NCBI GenBank assembly: GCA_937922675.1
Contig: CALAJN010000002.1
Location: forward strand, 153,192-217,191
Source of the DNA: an uncultured Granulosicoccaceae bacterium
GTDB lineage: Bacteria > Pseudomonadota > Gammaproteobacteria > Granulosicoccales > Granulosicoccaceae
DNA length: 64,000 nt
Reading direction: 5' to 3'
The notes under the pieces: model-generated
Told to the model about the DNA's origin: nothing
Database searches by the model: none
Seen by the model: the letters and a program-made list of their open reading frames with translations, nothing else
Shown: in pieces, positions 8,145 through 17,280 of the stretch
How the letters are laid out: the number at the start of each line of letters is the position of its first letter
How positions within the stretch are numbered: position 1 is the stretch's first letter
Translations under genes and position numbers: made by a program

Positions 8145-11057
8145 ATGAAACTCACAAGACGTACACCTGGCGCCATCGGCGCTCCCGCCAGTGGAATATC
8201 AGCACCTGACACACCAGCAAACAGCCTGCTCGGCTCAAGCGTCGATCGTCGTGGCTTTCTGAAAACCTCAGGCCTCGGTGCTGGCGGTGCCGCGGTGCTC
8301 GCCGTTGGTGGTGCTGGTATGGTCAAAAAGGTCCGTGCTGCCGAGAATTATCCCAAGGCAGGTGTTGAGACCACCGAGGTGCACTCTATCTGCACGCACT
8401 GCTCTGTTGGCTGTGGCGTGATCGCCGAAGTGCAAAACGGGGTCTGGACAGGGCAGGAGCCTGATACCAAATCACCGATCAACCTCGGCGCTCACTGCGC
8501 CAAGGGTGCCGCCTTGCGTGAGCACGGACACGGTGAGCGTCGCTTGAAATATCCGATGAAACTGACGGGGGGCAAGTGGACGCGCGTCTCCTGGGAAGAG
8601 GCGATCGACGAGATCGGCGATGGCATGCTCAAGGTGCGTGAGGAATCCGGTCCGGATTCGGTGTACTGGCTCGGCTCAGCCAAGCACAACAACGAGCAGG
8701 CCTACCTGTTCAGAAAGTTTGCAGCCCTCTGGGGTACAAACAACGTGGACCACCAGGCGCGAATCTGTCACTCCACTACGGTTGCGGGTGTTGCCAATAC
8801 CTGGGGCTATGGCGCGATGACCAACTCCTACAACGACATGCAGAAGTCCAGGGCGATGTTCTTTATCGGCTCCAACGCCGCTGAAGCGCACCCGGTGGCA
8901 ATGCAGCATGTGCTGAAGGCAAAAGAGAACGGCTCGAAGTTGATTGTTGTCGATCCGCGATTCACGCGGACCGCGGCTCATTCGGATCAGTTCATCCAGA
9001 TACGCCCGGGCACCGACGTTCCGGTTATCTGGGGCATCCTCTGGCATGTGTTCGAGAACGGTTGGGAAGATAAGGAGTACATCCGACAGCGCGTGTACGG
9101 TATGGAGGATATCCGTGCGGAAGTGGCCAAGTGGACACCGGAGGAAACCGAGCGGGTAACCGGTATTCCGGGGCCGCAACTGGAACAGGCGGCGCGCACC
9201 ATGGCGGAGAATCGCCCGGGCACCATCGTGTGGTGCATGGGTGGCACCCAGCACACCATCGGTAACAACAACACGCGTGCGTACTGCGTGTTGCAATTGG
9301 CGCTGGGCAACATTGGTGTCTCCGGTGGTGGTGCAAACATTTTTCGCGGGCACGACAATGTGCAGGGAGCAACTGACCTTGGTGTGCTGTCGCACACCCT
9401 ACCGGGCTACTACGGACTGTCTGAAGGCTCATGGAAGCACTGGTCCAAGGTCTGGGGCCTTGAGCACGATTGGGTCAGGGCGCGTTTTGACCAAGCTGAC
9501 TACGAAGGTCCCGAGGATGCGCGCAAGTCACCGATGAACACTGCCGGTATGCCCGTCTCGCGCTGGATTGACGGCATCCTCGAAGACAAGGCAAACATCG
9601 CCCAGAACGACAATATCCGTGTCATGGTGCTCGATGGCCACGCTCCCAATTCGCAAACGCGAGCGCCGGAGATGAAAGAGGCCATGGAAAAGCTCGACAT
9701 GCTGGTCGTGATTGATCCATACCCGACGCACTCCGCTGTGCTGCCGGATCGTCAGGAAGGCATGTACTTGTTGCCCGCCTGCACGCAGTTTGAAACCAGA
9801 GGATCGGTTACCGCGTCCAATCGCTCCTTGCAGTGGCGTGACAGGATCATCGAGCCGCTTTTCGAGTCCAAGCCTGATCACACCATCCTGTACGAGCTCG
9901 CGGTCAAGCTTGGCTTTGGCGATGAGCTGTTCAAGAACATCGAGATCAAGGACGGCGAGCCTGTGGTAGAGGACATCACGCGTGAATTCAACGCTGGCAT
10001 GTGGACTGTTGGCTATACAGGCCAGAGCCCTGAGCGTATCAAGGAGCACATGGCAAACCGGCACACCTTCGACGAGATATCGTTACAAGCCAGGGGTGGC
10101 CCGCTGGATGGTGAGTACTACGGCATGCCGTGGCCGTGCTGGGGTACAGCAGACATGAAACACCCGGGTACCCCCAATCTCTACGACCCGAGCAAGGCAG
10201 TCGCAGAGGGTGGACTCAACTTCCGCGCGCGCTTTGGTGTCGAGCGGGATGGCGTCAATCTGCTCGCTGAGGACAGCTGGTCGGCGGGAGCCGAGATCGA
10301 GGACGGTTATCCGGAATTCACGGCTGACATGCTCAAGCAGCTGGGTTGGTGGGATGACCTCACAGCGGACGAGAAGTCAGCAGCGGAAGGCAAGAACTGG
10401 AAGACTGATCTATCCGGTGGAATTCAGCGAGTGGCCATTGCCCACGGTTGTGCCCCGTTTGGGAACGCCAAGGCGCGCACCGTGGTCTGGACCTTCCCGG
10501 ATCCTGTGCCAATTCACCGCGAGCCGCTGTACACCGCTCGTTATGACCTTGTTGACGATTACCCCACCTACGAGGACAGAAAGAGCCACTACCGGCTGCC
10601 GACACGCTATGCGTCGATCCAGGCGGATGACTACTCGGGCGATTACCCGCTGATCCATACCTCCGGGCGACTGGTGGAGTACGAAGGTGGTGGTGAGGAG
10701 ACGCGGTCCAATCCGTGGCTTGCCGAATTGCAGCAAGACATGTTTGTCGAGATAAATCCGGCGGATGCCAACGATATCGGTCTGCAGGATGGACAGATGG
10801 TCTGGCTTGAAGGGCCAGAGGGCGGCAAGATCGAGATCAAGACCATGATTACCGACCGTGTAGCACGTGGTGTCGTGTTTACGCCTTTTCACTTTGGCGG
10901 CAAATACCAGGGCAAGGACCTGCTCGACAAGTACCCGGAAGGATCTGCCCCCTACGTGCGAGGTGAATCGGATAACACCACCTTCACCTACGGTTACGAC
11001 TCAGTGACCCAGATGCAGGAGTCCAAGTGCTCGCTCTGCAAGATCACCGCGGCTTGA
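8145..11057 (+). CDS. fdhA: formate dehydrogenase catalytic (alpha) subunit, molybdopterin enzyme, Cys-type, Tat-exported
   Basis: Start chosen at ATG 8145 (MKLTRR..., ACGGAG upstream). Tat motif SVDRRGFLKTSGLGAGG. 4Fe-4S motif CTHCSVGCGV. Active-site region HQARICHSTTVAG has Cys where Sec-type enzymes have U. Confidence 0.9.
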   Translation: MKLTRRTPGAIGAPASGISAPDTPANSLLGSSVDRRGFLKTSGLGAGGAAVLAVGGAGMVKKVRAAENYPKAGVETTEVHSICTHCSVGCGVIAEVQNGVWTGQEPDTKSPINLGAHCAKGAALREHGHGERRLKYPMKLTGGKWTRVSWEEAIDEIGDGMLKVREESGPDSVYWLGSAKHNNEQAYLFRKFAALWGTNNVDHQARICHSTTVAGVANTWGYGAMTNSYNDMQKSRAMFFIGSNAAEAHPVAMQHVLKAKENGSKLIVVDPRFTRTAAHSDQFIQIRPGTDVPVIWGILWHVFENGWEDKEYIRQRVYGMEDIRAEVAKWTPEETERVTGIPGPQLEQAARTMAENRPGTIVWCMGGTQHTIGNNNTRAYCVLQLALGNIGVSGGGANIFRGHDNVQGATDLGVLSHTLPGYYGLSEGSWKHWSKVWGLEHDWVRARFDQADYEGPEDARKSPMNTAGMPVSRWIDGILEDKANIAQNDNIRVMVLDGHAPNSQTRAPEMKEAMEKLDMLVVIDPYPTHSAVLPDRQEGMYLLPACTQFETRGSVTASNRSLQWRDRIIEPLFESKPDHTILYELAVKLGFGDELFKNIEIKDGEPVVEDITREFNAGMWTVGYTGQSPERIKEHMANRHTFDEISLQARGGPLDGEYYGMPWPCWGTADMKHPGTPNLYDPSKAVAEGGLNFRARFGVERDGVNLLAEDSWSAGAEIEDGYPEFTADMLKQLGWWDDLTADEKSAAEGKNWKTDLSGGIQRVAIAHGCAPFGNAKARTVVWTFPDPVPIHREPLYTARYDLVDDYPTYEDRKSHYRLPTRYASIQADDYSGDYPLIHTSGRLVEYEGGGEETRSNPWLAELQQDMFVEINPADANDIGLQDGQMVWLEGPEGGKIEIKTMITDRVARGVVFTPFHFGGKYQGKDLLDKYPEGSAPYVRGESDNTTFTYGYDSVTQMQESKCSLCKITAA

Positions 11058-11086
11058 TTGCGGCTCGATAACCAGGAGATAACAAC

Positions 11087-11674
11087 ATGGCCAGAATGAA
11101 ATTCCTGTGCGACGCAGAGCGCTGCATCGAGTGCAACGGTTGCGTCACCGCTTGTAAAAACGAGCACGAGGTGCCGTGGGGAGTGAACCGCCGTCGTGTG
11201 GTCACGCTCGATGATGGCAAGCCGGGTGAGAAATCGATATCAGTGGCTTGCATGCACTGCACCGATGCTCCTTGCCAGGCGGTGTGTCCGGTGGACTGTT
11301 TTTACACCACCGATGACGGCATCGTTTTGCACGACAAGGACCTCTGTATCGGTTGTGGCTACTGCTTTTATGCCTGCCCTTTTGGCGCGCCGCAGTACCC
11401 GCAGCAGACCTCGTTTGGAGCTCGTGGCAAGATGGACAAGTGCACCTTCTGCGCGGGTGGTCCGGAAGATGATCTCGCCGATGCCGAGTACGAAAAGTAC
11501 GGGCGTAACCGTATCGCCGAGGGCAAACTGCCACTCTGCGCCGAGATGTGCGCCACCAAGGCACTGATTGCCGGTGACGGTGACGAGGTGGCTGACATCT
11601 ACCGTGAACGCGTTTTGCGGCGTGGCGGTCGGCCGCAAACCTGGGGCTGGGAAACAGCCTACGACAAGGGGTGA
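11087..11674 (+). CDS. fdhB: formate dehydrogenase iron-sulfur (beta) subunit
   Basis: 195-aa ORF with several Cys clusters: CIECNGCVTACK, CMHCTDAPCQAVCP and CIGCGYCFYACPFGAP. Confidence 0.85.
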   Translation: MARMKFLCDAERCIECNGCVTACKNEHEVPWGVNRRRVVTLDDGKPGEKSISVACMHCTDAPCQAVCPVDCFYTTDDGIVLHDKDLCIGCGYCFYACPFGAPQYPQQTSFGARGKMDKCTFCAGGPEDDLADAEYEKYGRNRIAEGKLPLCAEMCATKALIAGDGDEVADIYRERVLRRGGRPQTWGWETAYDKG

Positions 11675-11676
11675 CT

Positions 11677-12780
11677 ATGTCGGCAGCCAGACGTATGGAC
11701 CCAAAACGGCGGCGTCGCATTGGCCTGTGGAGCCTGGCTTTGGTGCTGGGCCTGAGCTTTGTACTGCCGTTGGGTAGCTACGGGCTCCATTGGCTCGGCC
11801 AGACAGCAGTGGCGCAGGATATAACCGGCGGTATCGTCGGGGGTGAGAATCCGCGTTCCAACTTCTGGAACGCCGTGAACCACGGCGCGCAGGGCTACTC
11901 TGCGGTAAAGGGTGAGGGCGCCAACGTGCTGGTGGTACGCAGCGCAGCTGAATGGCAGCAGTTTCGTCAAGGGACCATAGCCAAATACCTGCCGTGGGCT
12001 GTAGTTGTCATGGCGGTGCTGATCCTGTTGTTCCATCTGATCTTTGGCAAGCAGAAGCTTGATCAACCGTTGTCGGGTCGCAAGGTGCCGCGTTGGGGGT
12101 GGTTTAATCGGCTCTTGCACTGGACGACTGCTGTGACCTTCATTGCACTGGCTATCACGGGTCTGTCGATGTTGATCGGACGTGAGCTGTTGATTCCCTT
12201 GCTCGGCAAGGAAGGCTTTGCGATGTGGGCGCAAGCGTCCATACAAGTACACAATGTGGTTGGTCTGGTGTTTGCGGTTTGTATCGCCCTCATGGTGGTC
12301 TTGTGGGTCTGGCACAACATCCCCAACAAGGTCGATGTGGCATGGCTCAAGGCCGGTGGAGGTTTGTTCAGCAAGAATGCGCATCCGTCCGCGGGCCGCT
12401 TCAACGCGGGAGAAAAGATCTGGTTTTGGTTGCTCGCCACAGGTGGTGTTGTGGTGGTTTTGAGCGGTCTGGTAATGGTCTCGCCCAACTACGGTATCGA
12501 GCTTGCGTTTTTGAACGACGTGCGGGCCCAAATGCAACAGGCGAATGTTGTCCATGCGATCCTCTCGGTGTTGTGGACAGCGCTTGCGCTTGGCCATATC
12601 TACATCGGCACCGCCGGTACCGAGGGAGCGTTCGAGGGCATGTCCACGGGCTATGTCTCCGAAGAGTGGGCGCGGCAGCATCATGATCTCTGGTTCGAGA
12701 AGATGGTCGAAAAGGGCAAGGTTGTTGAACCCTCGCGTGGGCAAGAAGGTGTCTCCGGTCAGACGGTTTCGTCCCACTGA
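11677..12780 (+). CDS. fdhC: formate dehydrogenase gamma subunit (cytochrome b) with N-terminal periplasmic extension
   Basis: ATG 11677 lies 6 nt after AAGGGG; an alternative GTG at 11671 overlaps the fdhB stop. The product has a signal-like N-terminus, then multiple TM helices with conserved His (RLLHWTTAV, VHNVVG, VHAILS). Confidence 0.75.
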   Translation: MSAARRMDPKRRRRIGLWSLALVLGLSFVLPLGSYGLHWLGQTAVAQDITGGIVGGENPRSNFWNAVNHGAQGYSAVKGEGANVLVVRSAAEWQQFRQGTIAKYLPWAVVVMAVLILLFHLIFGKQKLDQPLSGRKVPRWGWFNRLLHWTTAVTFIALAITGLSMLIGRELLIPLLGKEGFAMWAQASIQVHNVVGLVFAVCIALMVVLWVWHNIPNKVDVAWLKAGGGLFSKNAHPSAGRFNAGEKIWFWLLATGGVVVVLSGLVMVSPNYGIELAFLNDVRAQMQQANVVHAILSVLWTALALGHIYIGTAGTEGAFEGMSTGYVSEEWARQHHDLWFEKMVEKGKVVEPSRGQEGVSGQTVSSH

Positions 12781-12902
12781 CCAAGACGTATCACGACGAT
12801 TGCCGCACACTTGGGGTTTGCCGGTAACGGCAGGCCCCGGCAGTTCTCGGCATGCTGGCGGCAGAGCGATTGCGCTCAAGCTCTCATGTCTCACGAATCC
12901 AG

Positions 12903-13442
12903 ATGACCCCAACGCGTTTTCCTGACGATGTTGTCGTAGCTCTTCACGATAGTGGCGTGACCGTGACTTGCCTGCCAGTCCAGCTCGATGGGGGTGAGTG
13001 GCAAGCGGCGCTGTTTTACGTGGTACCGCTTGGTTCACCGGCACTTGGGACAGGGGCGCTTGATCAAGGCCCGTTTGCCGTGCAATTCGAAGGGGATCTC
13101 TTTGAGCACGAGCAGGGTACGGTACTGGAGCTTGACATCGAGATTCGTGTGCCGGGCAATCCGCTGGCTGGTACGTTGCTGTTTTTGACCGGTCACGCAA
13201 GCGCTCACTTTGAAGCTCTCACGTTGCTTGGGACACAAGAGGATGTGCCCCTGTTTATCGGTGATCCCTTTTGTCAGGTGTTGTGTCAGCAGCGCGTGCC
13301 GCTCAGTGAGGCGCATCGCGCCGGGTTTTCTGAATTGGTAGCTGAGGCAGTGAGGTTGGATGCGGTCATTCGCATGAGCGGGCACTACGATGCGGAGGCA
13401 GCCTTTACTGCCGCTTCCGAGCGACAGCACGGGCGCACCTGA
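12903..13442 (+). CDS. hypothetical protein
   Basis: The open frame runs 12852..13442, and the first ATG that gives a sensible N-terminus is at 12903. I recognise no motif. Coding is supported only by ORF length and the tight fit to neighbouring genes. Confidence 0.35.
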   Translation: MTPTRFPDDVVVALHDSGVTVTCLPVQLDGGEWQAALFYVVPLGSPALGTGALDQGPFAVQFEGDLFEHEQGTVLELDIEIRVPGNPLAGTLLFLTGHASAHFEALTLLGTQEDVPLFIGDPFCQVLCQQRVPLSEAHRAGFSELVAEAVRLDAVIRMSGHYDAEAAFTAASERQHGRT

Positions 13443-13451
13443 GTCCTGAAG

Positions 13452-14207
13452 GTGGTGAGTGTTTTGTCATCACTGCGCGTTCTGTTCCTGTGTTCGCTTG
13501 CAGGGTTGGTGCCTGCTACCGCGCCTGCCATCGCGTCCGCTGCTCAGTTGACCGGTGGCACGGCAGCGCGTGATCCAGCTATTGTCTGGCAGCGTGCTAT
13601 AGCAGCCGACGATACCGAGGTGTTGGCGAGTATGCTTGCCGAGCATCCGCGGGCCGGCCTTGTTGAGACCACCGCCAGCAACGGCAAGACGGCCTTGATG
13701 GTTGCTGCCAAGGCAGCGGACCTGGACCTGGCCCGTGACTTGGTTGCAAGTGGCGCGCAGATTGATGCGGTAACGGTTACTGGCGGTACAGCGATGATGT
13801 TCGCAGCCCTTGGTGAGCGTGTCGATGTTGCACTATGGCTACATGAGCATGGAGCGCGTACCGACGCTGTTGGCAGCAATGGCTGGACAGCTGTCACGAT
13901 TGCAGCGGCCCGTGGCTTTGCCCCGATGTTGCAGTGGTTGTTGTCGGTTGATGCGCCAGCTGCTTCTATAGATGTCTATGGTTATACACCGCTGATGCGC
14001 GCGGTTGAAAACGGACACGAAGATACGACGGCGATCTTGCTGGAAGCAGGTGCAGAGTCGCTCGACCACCAGGATGAGTTCGGCAATACCGCTCTCCATC
14101 ATGCTGCCCGGAGCAACCGGGATGATCTTGTGGCACTACTGTTGGCGGCGGGTGCGAACGAGACGATCACCAACAGGGACGGGCAAGGGCCCTACGGCTC
14201 CGACTGA
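13452..14207 (+). CDS. secreted ankyrin-repeat protein
   Basis: GTG start. Signal peptide VSVLSSLRVLFLCSLAGLVPATAPAIASA. At least five ankyrin repeats are visible (GKTALMVAA, GGTAMMFAA, GWTAVTIAA, GYTPLMRAVENGH, GNTALHHAARSN). Confidence 0.8.
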   Translation: MVSVLSSLRVLFLCSLAGLVPATAPAIASAAQLTGGTAARDPAIVWQRAIAADDTEVLASMLAEHPRAGLVETTASNGKTALMVAAKAADLDLARDLVASGAQIDAVTVTGGTAMMFAALGERVDVALWLHEHGARTDAVGSNGWTAVTIAAARGFAPMLQWLLSVDAPAASIDVYGYTPLMRAVENGHEDTTAILLEAGAESLDHQDEFGNTALHHAARSNRDDLVALLLAAGANETITNRDGQGPYGSD

Positions 14208-16540
14208 GCGTGCTTCGTTGACGACTGCGGGGCACCCGGCGTACTCAGTGTGCCCAGGTTGCCCATCACACGATGTGCCTCGTCATAACCGATCTGACTA
14301 ATGGGCTGGTAGTACTTGAAATCGAGTAGCGACCACGTGCTTACATCCGGCTCTACCAGCACATCGATCATGGCGCGCCGTTCGCCGATACGTTCAAGGT
14401 CCTTGACATCGGTTGCTCGCAACAAGGTTTCCGCGAGGCGCGGTACGGGTATCGCCTCCCGCCACGGAGCAAGTCGTGACCACAACACGCTCCAGCCCGA
14501 GAGCGATGTATCAAATTCAAAGCGTTGAAACCGCTCAGGTACCCGGCTCACATTGACGCCGATTACTTCGCCGCTGCCGGCAAAGCGCTCGCGCATAATG
14601 CCGACAGGGAAGGAATCGAGTACAGCGCCATCGATCAACAGATCACCGGACGATGTCGGAATCGGTGAAAACAGGCCGGGCAGGGAGATTGATGTTCTGA
14701 CAATCTTCCACAAGGGGCCACGATCGTGCAGCATGGTACGTCCATCGGCGAGATTTGACGACACCGCAAAGAAAGGCGTCCAGAGATCTTCTGCTTGTAT
14801 CTCGCCATAGACCTCTTGGCAAAATCGGGTGAGCTTGGCTGACAACATCAAGGACACAAAGGGCAAGGTGTAGTCGAACAAGGCTCGCTTGTTGGCAAAG
14901 CGTGACGATAACTCGAGTACGTCCTCGTAAGACTGTCCCATGGCCATGGCGGCGCCAAGAAGTGCTCCCATGCTTGAACCACCGATCGCATCAATCTCGA
15001 TGGCCTGTTCCTCGATGTAGCGATGCACACCGAGATGAGCGTATCCACGCGCACCACCGCCTGAGAACACCAGGCCTCGCGCCTGTCCTGCAAGACGTCT
15101 GGCGAGCCTGTCGATATGCGGCCGGCTATCGATCTTGACATGATGAAAATCTGAAAGAGCGCGTGGCTCCAGCCAGCGAAGCGTGTGGCTCGGTCGCGCG
15201 GTGTCCGGCTTGTGCAGCAGGATCAATTCGACCCGGGGTCGAGATCGCGCCCCGGCAAAGTTTGCAGCAAGCTCACGCTCGACCTCGCGCAGCGATGCAT
15301 CGTCGCTGTCAGCATTGGCAAGCAACAAGATTCTATCGGCACGGTTGATCGCGCGAATCGTCCATGGCGTCCAGTCGCGATCGGCGACGTAGACGAGGGT
15401 ATCGTGTCTCTCTTCTTGATCGTCGAGCCACTCGGCAACCGTTGAGTTGAACAAATCATCAAAGGTAGTCAGTGACGCGCCTGTCTTGCCGTAAAGCGTG
15501 TCAAATCCGCGTGAATCCAGCACTCTGGATGCACCGTGATGGCGCAGGGATCGCTTGAGCTGATGAGAAAAGCGACGCAAATGCAAGCGTGCTTCGAGCG
15601 GTATCACTACAAAGGTTCTATCGGCAGAGCGTGTCATCTGGTAGGCCGAGCGCTCAAGACTCAACTGACGCTGGATGACCAATTGAGTAAGTGACAACAA
15701 GAGTTTTGGATCAACAGCGATGAGCCGGTGAAACTCGCTTGTTGGCAACAAGGCAACTGTGGACTCTCGTGCGGCGACCACGGTCGAGCTACGCAACCCG
15801 TCAGACAACAGTGCGAGCTCGCCAACGGATTCGGGCGCCCGTACTTCGGCAATGCGCGTTGTCTCTGTTTCGAGAGCTACATCCACGGTACCGGGGCGGG
15901 CGGGAGCTGATCGATGTGATTGTGAAGGTGAGTGCACCACGAGTCGGCCTGAGACCACCATGTGCAATCCATCAGGAGGATCACCTTCTTCAAACACCAC
16001 GTCACCGCTGCGATAGTGTTTGACGGCGGTCGCCTTTAACAGATCTCGCATCAGCTCTTCGCTGATATCACCGAGCAATTCAAGATAAGTACGAGCAAGC
16101 ATGACGCGCCGCGACAGTTCGGCGGCTGCGGCATAGACGCGGGCGAGAATCTTTGGGTCGATATCGGTGAGCAGCTCGAAGGCAAAGCGCGGAAAGGTCG
16201 CTACGCGTGTGCGGCCGATAGCGACAGCACTGACCAGATGAGCGCCACCATTGAGCACGGCAAAGTCTCCCGCAGTCGAGCCGGCGCGGCGCGTCTGTAG
16301 CCAGAAACCGTGCCCGTTCGGAGACTCACGAGGCAGATGTAGTCCAAGCTCGCCCTCCACGACGAGAAACAAGGACTCAGACGCGCGCCCGGCGGAAAAC
16401 AGGGGCTGGCCGTCTGCAAGGGTCAGAAAACTGATGTGCGGCGAAAGCGTGCTCCAGCGATCTTCATCAATCAGCTCGAGGATGGGCAGACGTTTTAGCT
16501 GCTTGATCTGCCGCGCAGCGCTTGACAAGGGGTTCATCAC
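14192..16540 (-). CDS. cyclic-nucleotide-binding domain(s) + patatin-like phospholipase (NTE-like) protein
   Basis: 782-aa ORF. Two cNMP-binding-like segments are present (FGE-type ...VGELALLSDGLRSSTVVAARES). Patatin motifs are GLVFSGGGARGYAHLGV (oxyanion), GGSSMGALLG (GxSxG) and DGAVLD (catalytic Asp). Confidence 0.85.
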   Translation of the reverse strand: MMNPLSSAARQIKQLKRLPILELIDEDRWSTLSPHISFLTLADGQPLFSAGRASESLFLVVEGELGLHLPRESPNGHGFWLQTRRAGSTAGDFAVLNGGAHLVSAVAIGRTRVATFPRFAFELLTDIDPKILARVYAAAAELSRRVMLARTYLELLGDISEELMRDLLKATAVKHYRSGDVVFEEGDPPDGLHMVVSGRLVVHSPSQSHRSAPARPGTVDVALETETTRIAEVRAPESVGELALLSDGLRSSTVVAARESTVALLPTSEFHRLIAVDPKLLLSLTQLVIQRQLSLERSAYQMTRSADRTFVVIPLEARLHLRRFSHQLKRSLRHHGASRVLDSRGFDTLYGKTGASLTTFDDLFNSTVAEWLDDQEERHDTLVYVADRDWTPWTIRAINRADRILLLANADSDDASLREVERELAANFAGARSRPRVELILLHKPDTARPSHTLRWLEPRALSDFHHVKIDSRPHIDRLARRLAGQARGLVFSGGGARGYAHLGVHRYIEEQAIEIDAIGGSSMGALLGAAMAMGQSYEDVLELSSRFANKRALFDYTLPFVSLMLSAKLTRFCQEVYGEIQAEDLWTPFFAVSSNLADGRTMLHDRGPLWKIVRTSISLPGLFSPIPTSSGDLLIDGAVLDSFPVGIMRERFAGSGEVIGVNVSRVPERFQRFEFDTSLSGWSVLWSRLAPWREAIPVPRLAETLLRATDVKDLERIGERRAMIDVLVEPDVSTWSLLDFKYYQPISQIGYDEAHRVMGNLGTLSTPGAPQSSTKHAQSEP

Positions 16541-16577
16541 TCAATGAGGTTGTTCACGTCTGGTTTGTCATCACAAA

Positions 16578-17222
16578 TCAGCAGCGGATGGTTTGTCGAG
16601 AATACTGTGCGGCAGGCTCTGCGATGGTCTCATTGCCGGTTCTTTGACGAACATCGCTGATGCCATGCTCGATAGCAAGGCGAAAACCGAAGGCGTCCAA
16701 AAACTGTTCATAGAACGCGCCTCCGGTGCTCGATACCGCGGCGATCTGCTCATCAGTAATGTCGAGCCCGATGCGCGGCAGCGGTATGGGCGCTGGCCCC
16801 GAGAGCACGGCAGCATCATCCTCGGGGTCATAGACGCTGCGCTCCGAGCAGCAGCTGATGACCCCGCTGCGTTCGATCTGCCTGCCATCCTTGCCCTGGA
16901 AGGTGACTGGCTGATCACGATAGGCGATGTGGCTGATCGGCCGTGACGGGTGGGTCATCTTGTGCGTGCAGATCGCCGAGAAGGCAAGAATTCGATCGCT
17001 GGCCGACGTGCGGACAAGAAAGCACGGCGTTGCGATAAACGGGTAGCCGAATACCCAGGCCTCATCCGGTTTGAGGTCGGCCGGGCGTAGCGTTGCGCCA
17101 GACGCATGTCGCAGGCGGGTGCGCGGCGTCGGTGCAGCGTTTGCCAGTGAGACCTTGGAAGCGGCAACCAGAAGAGTGCTACAGAGGCCGCCTGCCATTC
17201 GGTGGAATGCGCGTCTGTCCAT
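16578..17222 (-). CDS. Tat-signal Rieske-fold-like protein with incomplete cluster ligand set
   Basis: 214-aa ORF. The N-terminus is MDRRAFHRMAGGLCSTLLVAASKVSLANA. A box-1-like CTHKMTH is present, but the box-2 position reads CCSERSVYD instead of CPCHGSxYD. Confidence 0.45.
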   Translation of the reverse strand: MDRRAFHRMAGGLCSTLLVAASKVSLANAAPTPRTRLRHASGATLRPADLKPDEAWVFGYPFIATPCFLVRTSASDRILAFSAICTHKMTHPSRPISHIAYRDQPVTFQGKDGRQIERSGVISCCSERSVYDPEDDAAVLSGPAPIPLPRIGLDITDEQIAAVSSTGGAFYEQFLDAFGFRLAIEHGISDVRQRTGNETIAEPAAQYSRQTIRC

Positions 17223-17280
17223 GACGCTGAGTGTACCCGCGGATCACCAATTCAATGCGTTTTGGTCATGCTCCGCGTGA

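Noticed and set aside
8750-8800. Possible selenocysteine (in-frame TGA plus SECIS) in fdhA
   Set aside because: The active-site codon is TGT (Cys) at 8765-8767 in ICHSTT, and the ORF has no internal stop. There is no need to invoke Sec.
8676-10892. Several 130-240-aa minus-strand ORFs inside fdhA
   Set aside because: All are antisense or out of frame relative to the strongly supported FdhA coding sequence, and all lack motifs.
11659-13200. 513-aa ORF on the minus strand, the longest unexplained ORF in the track
   Set aside because: It is entirely antisense to fdhC and the following ORF. Its translation is Arg/Pro/Gln-rich low-complexity sequence, typical of spurious antisense frames in high-GC DNA. 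The plus-strand genes have clear family motifs.
14192-16540. Patatin protein as a CBASS-like anti-phage effector
   Set aside because: No cyclase/nucleotidyltransferase, E1/E2/JAB or other defence genes are adjacent. The sensor domains are classical cNMP-binding modules rather than SAVED/STING. The architecture matches widespread NTE-like lipases.
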